The position numbers and the translations under genes are program-made. 43,954 nt of DNA from positions 1 to 43,954 of the IMG/VR virus record IMGVR_UViG_3300033487_000015; one strand, 5' to 3'. Below are positions 8,899-17,924 of this stretch, piece by piece (positions within the stretch are counted from its first letter, which is position 1; the number at the start of each line of letters is the position of its first letter). Below the pieces are notes generated by a model. That model worked only from the letters and a program-made list of their open reading frames with translations. It ran no database searches and was not told the origin of the DNA. The DNA is from a virus. Lineage: Duplodnaviria > Caudoviricetes.

Positions 8899-9774
8899 AT
8901 GACCCGACCATCAAAGCAAATCGTCGATTACTTTCCACACGACTGCGAGCATGGAAAAACTATGTTTATTCTGGAGGAGAGGTTCAAAAACGACGGATAC
9001 GCATTCTGGTTCAAATTGCTCGAACTCCTCGGCAGCACGGAAGGGCATTGCCTCGATTTAAACGATCAGGCTAACGTTGAATTCTTGACATCAAAAACCC
9101 ATCTCACGGAGGGTTTCTGCTTCGGAATCCTCGATTTGCTCTCAAAACTCGGTGCAATCGATACTGATTTGTGGCTTCAAAGGCGCGTTTGGAGCCAAAA
9201 TTTTGTTGATGGTGTCAGCGCAGTTTATCAGCGTAGAGGGGGTAAATTTCCGCAGAAACCAACGGTTACACCAGGTTCCCGAATCAGAAACCACCCATCA
9301 CCCCATGTTCCCGAATCAGAAACCCTAACCACTCGCGCGAGAGTAGAGGAGAGTAGAGTAAATAATAAAATACCGGATTTATCTCCCGCGGAGCCTCCGG
9401 CCGAAGAAAAGTCACCAATTATTGCGCCGCCTTCTGCGCCTTCGGTGGTTTTTGAAGGCTCCCGACCAAATCAAATCCAGCATTTCGTGATCACAGACTC
9501 CGATGGAGGACAGAATACAATCTCGCTCTCTTTCTGGCGAAAATTGGTTAATCTATGCAATGATGATCAAAACGAGGCTGGGTTGATTCTTTACAGGGCA
9601 CATAAAAAGGCTAAAAAAAATGGGCTTATTGCATGGGTGATGAGGGGTATGAGTGAAAAAGACCAATACGCGAGAAAGCCGATTCTTGAGGAGGAAAAAA
9701 ATAAACGGGAGGCGAATGATTGGAAGGAGAAAAATATTTTTTCAATCCTCTACTCCCGGGGAGGGGGTGGGTAA
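8899..9774 (+). CDS. Replication initiator-like protein (DUF4373 / Lin1244-like N-terminus)
   Basis: MTRPSKQIVDYFPHD...GYAFWFKLLE N-terminus, Pro-rich linker containing DNA repeats. Confidence 0.75.
   Translation: MTRPSKQIVDYFPHDCEHGKTMFILEERFKNDGYAFWFKLLELLGSTEGHCLDLNDQANVEFLTSKTHLTEGFCFGILDLLSKLGAIDTDLWLQRRVWSQNFVDGVSAVYQRRGGKFPQKPTVTPGSRIRNHPSPHVPESETLTTRARVEESRVNNKIPDLSPAEPPAEEKSPIIAPPSAPSVVFEGSRPNQIQHFVITDSDGGQNTISLSFWRKLVNLCNDDQNEAGLILYRAHKKAKKNGLIAWVMRGMSEKDQYARKPILEEEKNKREANDWKEKNIFSILYSRGGGG
9248..9324 (+). repeat. Iteron-like repeats inside the replication gene (candidate origin)
   Basis: gttcccgaatcagaaacc at 9275-9292 and 9307-9324, plus partial ttccgcagaaacc at 9248-9260. Confidence 0.6.
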
Positions 9775-9833
9775 TGAACTTAACATAATGCATTGACTCC
9801 ACAGCAATAAAAAAAATAGCAAAAGGAAAGAAT

Positions 9834-10574
9834 ATGGGGACGACAAAAATTCAATGGTGCGATTGCGTATGGAATCCGATCATCGGCTGCGGCAAGGTCT
9901 CGGCTGCCTGCGATCACTGTTACGCCGAGCGCATGGCGCACCGGCTCGCAGCAATGGGGATTCCGGGATACCGGCTTGTTCTGGACAGGAAGGGCCACTG
10001 GAACAACCGCTCTGAAATCATCGAGGAGCGGCTCTCCGATCCTGAAAAATGGAGGCCATGCAGGATATTTGTCACCTCCATGGGGGACATTTTCAACCCA
10101 ATGGCATTGTTAATCCTGGATCCTGTTTTTGAAAAGATACTCCTATGCCGTGAACATACGTTTATCATCCTGACCAAGCGGCCGGTGGTTGGAGAGGAAT
10201 ATTTCTCATCTCGGATGGATAAAGGGAGACGCTGGCGCAATCTCTGGACCGGGGTCACTGTCGAAGACCAAAGCCAGATACACCGCGCATTTACTCTGCA
10301 GGGGCTTCCCGGGAGGGTTCATTTCCTTTCCTGTGAGCCACTCCTCGGTCCGCTGGATTTATCGAATGTCATTAATCGCATGGATTGGGTAATATGCGGC
10401 GCCGAGACCGGTCCGGGGGCCAGGCCGATGAATCCGGATTGGGCGCGATTGCTGCGGGATCAATGCCAGGCCGCCGGCGTTCCATTTTTTCTGAAAAGTC
10501 TTACCGGCGTAAAAATCAAAAAAGCAGACCTCCCAAAACTCGACGGAAGAATCTGGGATGAGTTTCCAAAATGA
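9834..10574 (+). CDS. Phage Gp37/Gp68 (DUF5131) family protein
   Basis: TKIQWCD..WNPIIGCGKVSAACDHCYAE, SMGDIF, LTKRP, SCEPLLG, WVICGAETG motifs. Confidence 0.9.
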   Translation: MGTTKIQWCDCVWNPIIGCGKVSAACDHCYAERMAHRLAAMGIPGYRLVLDRKGHWNNRSEIIEERLSDPEKWRPCRIFVTSMGDIFNPMALLILDPVFEKILLCREHTFIILTKRPVVGEEYFSSRMDKGRRWRNLWTGVTVEDQSQIHRAFTLQGLPGRVHFLSCEPLLGPLDLSNVINRMDWVICGAETGPGARPMNPDWARLLRDQCQAAGVPFFLKSLTGVKIKKADLPKLDGRIWDEFPK

Positions 10575-10789
10575 GATATATCATCACTTTAATTTTCATA
10601 ATTCCCGCAATTGCCGGCGAGTGCGATCCGAGTCGCATTCAAACCATTGACTCTTCCTTGGCTGCGGTAAAGAGAGCGCTGCCGGCGATGCGGGAAAATT
10701 GGGAGAGGGCGCAGTTGCTCTATGAAGAGCAGATCAGGCGGGCATGCAGGCTTGATTCAATGGCAAAAAAATGCAGGGGTCAGAGATGA
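10571..10789 (+). CDS. Small exported hypothetical protein
   Basis: Signal-like N-terminus; overlaps both neighbours. Confidence 0.45.
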   Translation: MRYIITLIFIIPAIAGECDPSRIQTIDSSLAAVKRALPAMRENWERAQLLYEEQIRRACRLDSMAKKCRGQR

Positions 10790-11229
10790 TAAAAAATTAT
10801 ACATCATCAACGCCGGCTGCACAGTCGGTTGATAAAATCGAGAAAATGCTCGTGGAAGCCGGCGCCGTGAATGTGATGAAACTATTCAGCGAGAAACGGC
10901 TCTCCGGAATTGCATTTATCCTCAGCATCAACGGAAAGCAATATCCAATAAAGCTGCCTGCCAAAACAAAGGAATCGGAAGAATTGCTTTTGAAACAGGT
11001 CAAACGGCCGCGCAGCACCACCCGCAAGCTGGTCCTTGCCCAGGCCGAGCGGACGGCATGGAAAATTCTTGCCGATTGGGTTGAGCTTCAGATCACTCTC
11101 ATTAAATTGAAACACCGGCAGCCATTGGAGGCATTTTTTTCCGACATTTATGACATCCGAAAGAACGAAACATTTTACGAGTCGCTAAAAAACAGCGGCG
11201 GCCTAACCCAATTGGAATACCGTCCGTAA
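10786..11229 (+). CDS. Conserved phage hypothetical protein
   Basis: IKNYTS...QAERTAWKILADWV pattern seen in phage early regions. Confidence 0.6.
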   Translation: MIKNYTSSTPAAQSVDKIEKMLVEAGAVNVMKLFSEKRLSGIAFILSINGKQYPIKLPAKTKESEELLLKQVKRPRSTTRKLVLAQAERTAWKILADWVELQITLIKLKHRQPLEAFFSDIYDIRKNETFYESLKNSGGLTQLEYRP

Positions 11230-11666
11230 TGAAAAATTTAAACTTCACCCACGGCGGCTTTCCGGAATCCGAGGCCTGGCACTGGTCGCCAGAGAAATAC
11301 CAGGAGTTCGGCGGTATCCTCTACCTGCTGATGAGTGCAAAGGCTGAAAACCGCCGCCGCGGCAGCAATGAATACTACGAGTTTAAAAGGCATTTCATGA
11401 TCTGGGAGTTTGAAGAGGTAGTTGATGATCTCAACGATTTCAGGGCGGGGAAAGGATTACCGACGGTCCCCGATCTCCTCGAAAGCATCGACGATCAGTT
11501 GATTTTAGAGAAGGGTGTTAAAGACGCTAAGGATAGTTCCGAAGGAATTAAGACCTTCATCGAGGAAAAAGCTGCGAAGCCGATGTTCATGACACCGGAG
11601 GAGCTGCAGAAACAATTGCATTATTTCGATCCTGGGAGAGCAGAACAATTATCGCTTTTCGGATAA
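11229..11666 (+). CDS. Hypothetical protein
   Basis: Coupled ORF ending in QLSLF (beta-clamp-binding-like motif). Confidence 0.55.
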   Translation: MKNLNFTHGGFPESEAWHWSPEKYQEFGGILYLLMSAKAENRRRGSNEYYEFKRHFMIWEFEEVVDDLNDFRAGKGLPTVPDLLESIDDQLILEKGVKDAKDSSEGIKTFIEEKAAKPMFMTPEELQKQLHYFDPGRAEQLSLFG

Positions 11667-11672
11667 TATAAA

Positions 11673-12368
11673 ATGTCAATCGATAAGATATGCGATCGTT
11701 GCGGCAAGCCGTTTGACATAGGACTTCCAGGGTACCTATGCCAGACATGCCGAGCAGTCGGAAGTCCATTAGAAAAGAAGGAGGAGATAATGGCGGCGAA
11801 AACAGTTAAAGAAAAAAAATGCGTCGGCTATTTCGATGCCGAAAAACAGACGACCATTCCATGCGGGAAATCGTTTGAGCCGACAAGCAACGTTCAAAAG
11901 CGTTGTTCGGATTGCATGAAGAAGCATAAGCCCACGTACGGCAACAAAACCGAATTTACAAAAAAGAAAATAAAGGTAATATTTCCTCCTGGTGCAATTT
12001 CGGTCGAGAATCCAGGTGAAGAAAAACGAGAGGTTTTCACCCTGGCAATTCCAAAGAAGTCAAAGATTTCTCTTGAGGCAATCGATGCGGCTGGAAAGGG
12101 TATCGGTGACAACCGTGTTGAATTTTGCATGAAGGCAATCGAAACGTTCGTCGGCATGGATGTCCCAATCATCAAACACCTTGAGAGTATGGCCGAAAAA
12201 CTCAATACGAGATTGCCGATTGTAATTCAAAACCTTCTCATCGAACGCCTTGCCAGCGATTCAGATGGCGAAAATGCGTGTATCCTGCGCATGCTGGTAG
12301 CCATCGGCATCATCACCGAGGAAAAAATCCAGCAGGCGAGGGAAATAGTTCGAAAACTGAAGGCATGA
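11673..12368 (+). CDS. Hypothetical protein with Zn-finger-like Cys motifs
   Basis: CDRCG...CQTC and CG...CSDC. Confidence 0.5.
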   Translation: MSIDKICDRCGKPFDIGLPGYLCQTCRAVGSPLEKKEEIMAAKTVKEKKCVGYFDAEKQTTIPCGKSFEPTSNVQKRCSDCMKKHKPTYGNKTEFTKKKIKVIFPPGAISVENPGEEKREVFTLAIPKKSKISLEAIDAAGKGIGDNRVEFCMKAIETFVGMDVPIIKHLESMAEKLNTRLPIVIQNLLIERLASDSDGENACILRMLVAIGIITEEKIQQAREIVRKLKA

Positions 12369-12383
12369 TTTACTGAGGGAACC

Positions 12384-12587
12384 ATGATTGAATTTCCGGA
12401 ACTTGTCGACACGGTCACCGCGGCCAGGGCGCTCAATAAAAAGCCCCAGGCTCTGCGCATGCGGATCCACCGCGGCCAGGTGATGAAGGGTATTTATAAT
12501 CGATCGTTGCGCAGGTGGAACCTTACGGAGATCCGCCGGCGGCTGGAAAAGGATTTGGATATTTTCGTAAACGGCGGGAAGGATTGA
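12384..12587 (+). CDS. Excisionase/AlpA-like HTH protein
   Basis: ELVDTVTAARALNKKPQALRMRIHRG...RRW winged-HTH pattern. Confidence 0.55.
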   Translation: MIEFPELVDTVTAARALNKKPQALRMRIHRGQVMKGIYNRSLRRWNLTEIRRRLEKDLDIFVNGGKD

Positions 12588-12624
12588 TGGAAAACAAATT
12601 TATAATCAGGAGGAAAATAGGACG

Positions 12625-14337
12625 ATGAAAATCAAAATTAAAACCATTTACAGGGACCGGTTTCAATCCCGGGGTAAGGTTAACGAGAAGGAAGTCGCGA
12701 CGCTGGCGGCGAGCATCAAGGCCTGCGGGTTGCTGCATCCGATCGTAGTGCGCGAGATACCTGACGGGTTCGATAAAAAAGGCGGGCAGCAATACGAACT
12801 CATCGCAGGCGGCCGACGCATTGCGGCACATGAGCTGCTCGGTTTTGACGAGATTGATGCCAACGTAATCGATGCCACCGACAGCCAAGCGGTAACTCTC
12901 GCCGCGGCCGAGAACATCGAGCGGAAAAATCTTAAGCCCCTCGAAGAGGCGGCCGCGATCGACAAAGCATTGGCGGAGTCATCGATCGAAGATATCGCCA
13001 CGGCGTTCGGTCGAAGCCCCGGGCAGATATCCAGGATACACCGGCTCACCCAGCTATCCAAGGATTGGAAAAAAGCGGTCGAATCCGGATTCGCGAAAGA
13101 TTGGTCGATTGCGCTGCTCGTCGAAGTGGCGCGTACACCCGAGGAGATCCAGAAAAAACTATACGAACAGTATCAAGAATGCGGAAATGGGTGGCGAGCC
13201 AACCCGACAGCCGAGGAAATTCGCAAGGAACTATTCGAGGCGGAGCTCATCATCAAATCCGCCTGCTTCGACTCCACCGACTGCCTCAAATGCCAGAAAT
13301 CGACCTGCGCCACGCCCGGATTATTCGACGACATCATCACCGCTAAAAAAGGCGACAGATGCCTCGACATTGGATGCTGGGATGCGAAGAAAAACGATGC
13401 TCTAAAAGTAAAGGCAGAGAAATTCAAATCCGAAAATCCGAAAGGGGTACTCGTATCGGATTATACGGTTCCCGAGGAGCTGAAAAAACATGCCGTTTCG
13501 CAATGGGATTGCATGAAGGCGAAGAAGACCGACAAAAGCGCGGTACCGGCGCTCAATCTGGCGACCGGGCATGTAGAATATGTCAAGCTCAATAAAACCG
13601 CAGCGGACAAAGCAGCGAAGGTCGACACCGAGGGCAAACTCACGATGAAGGTGAAGAGAGCCCGACTGGAAAAGCGGCGGGTGATTCGGTTTCTGGAGAA
13701 GATTGTTGCAGTTATCCAGGAAATGATAAAGAACAGGCACGAATTTTCCTACGCAGCGATTGTTCCCCTCGTTTCAATTTTCGGAGCAGACCCGGTTCCG
13801 GATAAAAAAGGATATCTGTCATGTGGCTGTCCTCTCGACAGAAAATTTAACGACGACCATGCACAAACGGAGCTTTTCCTTTGTATCGCCCCCAAGATGA
13901 TAAATGCGCTCGCCAATGAAACCCGAGCCGAGAGCCCGCAGAAAAAGCGCGGCGATGTTTTCCGGGAATGGCTTGAAATCGACACTAAGAGGCTTTGGGA
14001 AGATGCCACGGTCGAGATCCCAGATCCTAAGAGTTGGGCCACGGCCGGAACGAAAAAGGAGAAAAACGGAACGAAACCGGATCCGGACGAAACGAAATCG
14101 CCCGCGGTATCTGTCCGTACCTGCCGCGTTTGCGGATGTACAGACACCACGCCATGCATCGATGGAAAAACGGGAGATTCATGCTGCTGGATTGAGGACG
14201 ACCTCTGCAGCGCATGCGCGTGCAAGGCATGTAAACAGGCCCATCCGGATTGCAAGAAATGCTGCGCGAAATGCAAGAAGCCATGCAACGGTAATCAGGC
14301 CTGCAGAATGGGGCGGGTCATGGGAGACTCTGCATGA
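12625..14337 (+). CDS. ParB/RepB/Spo0J family protein with Cys-rich C-terminal extension
   Basis: LAASIKACGLLHPIVVR, YELIAGGRRIAA, ENIERKNLKPLEEA; C-terminal RTCRVCGCTD...C..W. Confidence 0.85.
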   Translation: MKIKIKTIYRDRFQSRGKVNEKEVATLAASIKACGLLHPIVVREIPDGFDKKGGQQYELIAGGRRIAAHELLGFDEIDANVIDATDSQAVTLAAAENIERKNLKPLEEAAAIDKALAESSIEDIATAFGRSPGQISRIHRLTQLSKDWKKAVESGFAKDWSIALLVEVARTPEEIQKKLYEQYQECGNGWRANPTAEEIRKELFEAELIIKSACFDSTDCLKCQKSTCATPGLFDDIITAKKGDRCLDIGCWDAKKNDALKVKAEKFKSENPKGVLVSDYTVPEELKKHAVSQWDCMKAKKTDKSAVPALNLATGHVEYVKLNKTAADKAAKVDTEGKLTMKVKRARLEKRRVIRFLEKIVAVIQEMIKNRHEFSYAAIVPLVSIFGADPVPDKKGYLSCGCPLDRKFNDDHAQTELFLCIAPKMINALANETRAESPQKKRGDVFREWLEIDTKRLWEDATVEIPDPKSWATAGTKKEKNGTKPDPDETKSPAVSVRTCRVCGCTDTTPCIDGKTGDSCCWIEDDLCSACACKACKQAHPDCKKCCAKCKKPCNGNQACRMGRVMGDSA

Positions 14338-14486
14338 AATCCTTCCCCGGCGATCCGTGCCCGCGTGCCAATTGCGCCGGACACTTAGTCGAGCGTACGA
14401 ACCGCGGTAGCCGAGAAAAGTTTCTTGGATGCTCAAATTATCCGGCCTGCGATCATGCGGAGCCAATAGAAAAGGATGGGGAATGA
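14334..14486 (+). CDS. Topoisomerase C4 zinc-ribbon-like small protein (50 aa)
   Basis: Manually read: CPRANCAGHLVERTNRGSREKFLGCSNYPAC; ATGA overlaps on both sides. Confidence 0.75.
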   Translation: MKSFPGDPCPRANCAGHLVERTNRGSREKFLGCSNYPACDHAEPIEKDGE

Positions 14487-14839
14487 AAATAAAAGCTCTT
14501 TCAATTCGCCAACCCTGGGCCTGGGCGATTTTTCACGGAAAGGATGTTGAAAATAGGCAATGGTGGACATCGATCCGTGGCCCAATTGCAATTCATGCTC
14601 CAATGGTTATTGATAAGGAAGATATTGCATACATCAAGAAAAATTTCGGCCTAATGGTGCCGACCGATCTGCCTACCGGTGGTATAGTTGGTACCGCAAA
14701 CATTATCGACTGTGTCCGGCGTTATCCGAGTCGATGGTTTTTGGGAAAATTTGGGTTGGTCATGCGGGATCAGAAGGAAATTCCATTCATTCCAATGCGC
14801 GGAAAGCTCGGATTTTTCGAGGTGGATATACCGCTATGA
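14483..14839 (+). CDS. ASCH domain protein
   Basis: KALSIRQPWAWAIFHGKDVENR...RGPIAIHA...RGKLGFF. Confidence 0.9.
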   Translation: MKIKALSIRQPWAWAIFHGKDVENRQWWTSIRGPIAIHAPMVIDKEDIAYIKKNFGLMVPTDLPTGGIVGTANIIDCVRRYPSRWFLGKFGLVMRDQKEIPFIPMRGKLGFFEVDIPL

Positions 14840-16050
14840 TGCATGATTTAATTTCAAAGGGCTTTGATACCGACCAGAAAGGACGATGGTTCATGAAATA
14901 CCTGTTCTGGCGCGGTAATTCCCTCTACTGTCGATATCCGATCCCCGGGCGCCCAAGGAAATATCCTATTGGGATTTTCTCTTCAGGAACACCGGCGGAC
15001 CGGAAGCGCTGCCTCGCTCTCGGCGAGAAGATGCTCGCCGGGATCCGGACGAAGGCGGCGGAGGGGAAGCTCTTTGAAAAACCGGAAGAAAAAAGAATAT
15101 ACGACCCAACATTCCGCCGCATCGCTCGGCGGTACTTCTGTAATCGCCTGCGGACGAAAAGGTCGGGCATGAATGAGCGATACCACCTCATACACTCATA
15201 CCGGCATTTCGGGCCTCGCCTGGCCAGGGAGATCACCCGTGACGATGTGGAGGCCTGGCGGCAGCACATGGTTCGCGCCGGCGCCTCGATAAACACAGTG
15301 AACAACCGGTTTGCCTACCTGGGCGCGGTATATGCCTGGGCGAATAGCGAAAGCCGGCAGGACCGCCGGCTCAATTGGGACCCGACCACCGGTATGAAAA
15401 AGCTACCCGGCGGAGCGGTCCGACACTTCCTTCTTACCCCCGCGAAGTTCGAGCGCAATTATTCCTTCCTACGCGATGGCCAGCTGGCCAAGGAAGGCAC
15501 TATGGCGAAGCATTCGACCCAATGGTCCTCGACGCCCTGCCCGCGCTTCGCGTTGTTCTATTTGGCGCTCTGGGAGACCGGCCGCCGGCCGGAGGAGGTA
15601 TCGTTCTATGCCTGGGAAATGAAACAGGAACTTGAGATCGACGGCCGGCAGGTCCGGGCTTTCTTCGTCCCGCCGGCGATCGCTAAAACTGACGAGCCCG
15701 ATATCGTTCCGGTATCCGAGAGGCTCTGGGCTGAAATGATGCAGCTCGGATACAGATCGGGCCTCGTTTTCCGCAACCAGAACGGCGACCGGTGGCAGCA
15801 TTGGGAGCGGCATAAGGCGAAGCTGGAACGCCGCTTCGGCGCCGACTGCGGCTGGATCCGCGATACACGTAGAGGATTTGTGACCCGCAAGTGCGAGGTC
15901 GAAGGCTATGACCCCGCTCACGTGCGGGCGATATCCGGCCACAGGACGAATTCAATTTTCGAACGGTATCGTATAGGAAATCTGAGGAACATTTTCAGGG
16001 TAGTCGACAACGCGAGCCCAAATCAGACCCAAATGGAGAAATCAGCATGA
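14836..16050 (+). CDS. int: Phage integrase (tyrosine recombinase)
   Basis: ETGRRPEEV, AKT, RDTRR (atypical HxxR), SGH...FERY; directly followed by attP; start 14836 or 14893. Confidence 0.85.
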   Translation: MMHDLISKGFDTDQKGRWFMKYLFWRGNSLYCRYPIPGRPRKYPIGIFSSGTPADRKRCLALGEKMLAGIRTKAAEGKLFEKPEEKRIYDPTFRRIARRYFCNRLRTKRSGMNERYHLIHSYRHFGPRLAREITRDDVEAWRQHMVRAGASINTVNNRFAYLGAVYAWANSESRQDRRLNWDPTTGMKKLPGGAVRHFLLTPAKFERNYSFLRDGQLAKEGTMAKHSTQWSSTPCPRFALFYLALWETGRRPEEVSFYAWEMKQELEIDGRQVRAFFVPPAIAKTDEPDIVPVSERLWAEMMQLGYRSGLVFRNQNGDRWQHWERHKAKLERRFGADCGWIRDTRRGFVTRKCEVEGYDPAHVRAISGHRTNSIFERYRIGNLRNIFRVVDNASPNQTQMEKSA

Positions 16051-16268
16051 AAACCCTTTTAAATCTGCTGAATTTCAAGGAGCGGTCTGGATTGTGGTTC
16101 CAGTCGTTGTGGGTTCGAGTCCCATCAGCCACCCCACTAAATCCCCGCAAAAATCGCCAATTTCCTCATTTTCTATTGAGAGGGGCCGAATCGGCGTCCC
16201 TGATCAATTTAACTGCTATTCACTGGTTTTTACTGGTTTTTACTCGTGTTAGGCCCAAATTAGACCCA
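16016..16268 (+). mobile_element. attP region with arm-type repeats
   Basis: gcccaaatcagaccca (16016-16031) and gcccaaattagaccca (16253-16268) flank the core; tandem actggttttt repeats at 16222-16244. Confidence 0.75.
16087..16136 (+). tRNA. 3' fragment of tRNA-His(GUG), the attP core; not a complete tRNA
   Basis: Anticodon arm ctgga-ttgtggt-tccag, T-arm gtggg-ttcgagt-cccat, acceptor 3' strand agccacc ending in CCA; no D-arm or 5' acceptor strand. Confidence 0.9.
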
Positions 16269-16305
16269 GTTTCATTTAAAACGTTAAATGTCGGTATCAA
16301 AGCAT

Positions 16306-16343
16306 CGGCCGTTTTGTCTTATGGCAAAACGGCCGTTTTATTT
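16306..16343 (+). terminator. Hairpin plus T-rich tract just upstream of the cassette recombinase
   Basis: 11-bp IR cggccgttttg / caaaacggccg followed by ttttattt. Confidence 0.55.
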
Positions 16344-16356
16344 CAAGGGATTAAAA

Positions 16357-17211
16357 ATGAAGCCTTCTGAAGCCATTTCAAAATTCAAATACGAGCTCTC
16401 ACGGCGCAATTATAGCCGAGCGACAGTACTGAATTATACCGCATGCCTCAGCCAAGCGCTCAGGTTTGCTGGAGAAATAGTCGTTGAAGGAGCCTCCCCT
16501 GGAGACAGATTCGAAAGTCTGGCAGCCGCGTGGGTTTCAAGGCTGCAATTTCGGCATGGAGCTCCGAAAACAATTAATCTGCATATTGGTGCACTGCGGG
16601 CATTTTCCATGTTTGTCCTCGATCACCGAATAGAGGAAAAACAATTGCCCCGTCTGAAGGAGCCAAAAAAATTACCTGAGCCGCTGACGAAAGAGGAATT
16701 GAAGCTAATTTTTTCAATGGAGAATAATAAAAAACACCTTCTACTGATTCAGCTTGCCTACTACGGAGGCCTCCGGCTTTCCGATATACAGTTTCTCGCG
16801 GTCCGGGATCTTCGGTTCGACCGCGGGCTCATTCATATAAAAAATGGGAAGGGAGCGAAGGATCGCTTAGTTCCCTTCCCGGATATAATTCATGAGGGAA
16901 TGCGCGAGATCATTCAGGGAAAGGGCGGTGATGCTTTCGTTTTCACGTCTCAGCAAACCGGACAGCAATATCCAAAACGCACTATCGAGAGGATTTTCGA
17001 GAACGCCTGCCGGAGAGCTGGCGTTCAAGGAAAAACAAATATTCATCGATTACGACATTCGTTCGGAACCCATATGGTTCAAAATGGGGTTAATTTGAGG
17101 ATCATTCAGGAGGCAATGGGGCATGCATCGAGTAAAACCACTGAGATTTATACCAGGGTTGGATCGGTGGATATTGCGGCGGTGAGGAACGTTTTATCAA
17201 TGGAAAATTAG
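16357..17211 (+). CDS. Integron-integrase-like / Xer-type tyrosine recombinase (284 aa) heading a cassette array
   Basis: NYSRATVLNY N-terminal domain, GGLRLSD, GKGAKDRLVP, HRLRHSFGTH, IQEAMGH...TTEIYT; complete R-K-H-R-H-Y set; no IntI-specific insertion. Confidence 0.85.
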   Translation: MKPSEAISKFKYELSRRNYSRATVLNYTACLSQALRFAGEIVVEGASPGDRFESLAAAWVSRLQFRHGAPKTINLHIGALRAFSMFVLDHRIEEKQLPRLKEPKKLPEPLTKEELKLIFSMENNKKHLLLIQLAYYGGLRLSDIQFLAVRDLRFDRGLIHIKNGKGAKDRLVPFPDIIHEGMREIIQGKGGDAFVFTSQQTGQQYPKRTIERIFENACRRAGVQGKTNIHRLRHSFGTHMVQNGVNLRIIQEAMGHASSKTTEIYTRVGSVDIAAVRNVLSMEN

Positions 17212-17250
17212 GCGACATAAAATATCGCCATGGAAATAGTTGGTTGCAAT
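17200..17250 (+). mobile_element. attI-like primary insertion site
   Basis: First GTT core (gttggttgcaat, 17239) with no upstream attC-like stem; short IR ggcga...tcgcc (17211-17229) and repeated atggaaa. Confidence 0.55.
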
Positions 17251-17280
17251 TAAACTTTTTTTTGAATTGGAGTTCGCGCA

Positions 17281-17502
17281 ATGGCTATGAACAAAGAACA
17301 GGTGCTTGAGCTGGTTGATTTTATTATGCACATGCTTGCGTCTTCGTACCGCAACGAGGCGCGAGAAATAGTGGAAGAAAAGTTTAACAGTGCGGCCCAA
17401 AGCGGCCCAACCAACAAACAAAGTGCGCCATGCATTTCTTGCAGCACAATTACTACTAATCTCGTTCGACTGTGTAAATCATGCGAAGGTAACTTCGAGT
17501 AG
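17281..17502 (+). CDS. Cassette 1 gene, hypothetical (C-terminal CxxC..CxxC lies within the att hairpin)
   Basis: ggag RBS; only plausible ORF in the cassette. Confidence 0.55.
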   Translation: MAMNKEQVLELVDFIMHMLASSYRNEAREIVEEKFNSAAQSGPTNKQSAPCISCSTITTNLVRLCKSCEGNFE

Positions 17503-17533
17503 CAGCACGGCGCACATTTGTCAAACGTTATAA
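17408..17533 (+). repeat. attC-like site 1
   Basis: caaccAAC-aa-acaaagtgcgcc ... ggcgcacatttgt-caaac-GTT. Confidence 0.75.
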
Positions 17534-17584
17534 TCAATTTTTGCGCCTTGAGCATTATAGTTCTGGCGCGTGGAGGTTCAAACA

Positions 17585-17884
17585 ATGTTAACTTTTCTGT
17601 GTCTTCTTATCGCGTGTCACTTCGTCGGGGATTTTCCTTTTCAGAATGAATTTCTTGCTCTTAACAAAGGCAAGTCGTGGGAAATAAACTTTTATCACGC
17701 GATTACCTATACCGCTGCATTCGTGATTTTTGCGAAAGTTTCTGTTGCGTTTGCAGCGGTGTTGTTATTAAGTCACTTTGTAATTGATCCACTTAAGGCT
17801 CGTTATCATATCATTAAGCCTATTTGGATGGATCAGTTACTTCACGTTGCGGTTATATTTGCGTGTTTTTTTATTGGTTTATAA
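17585..17884 (+). CDS. Cassette 2 gene, DUF3307 family membrane protein
   Basis: HFVGDFPFQ...HAITY...HFVID...DQLLH; ggagg RBS. Confidence 0.8.
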   Translation: MLTFLCLLIACHFVGDFPFQNEFLALNKGKSWEINFYHAITYTAAFVIFAKVSVAFAAVLLLSHFVIDPLKARYHIIKPIWMDQLLHVAVIFACFFIGL

Positions 17885-17924
17885 CGTGCGCCAGAAAGTT
17901 GTACTATGAAGGCGCAAAAACAGC

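Noticed and set aside
16087-16136. Functional phage tRNA-His gene
   Set aside because: The 5' acceptor strand and D-arm are missing; the location next to int fits an attP core
16047-16370. 107-aa ORF after the integrase
   Set aside because: It translates through the tRNA fragment and att arm repeats; probably spurious
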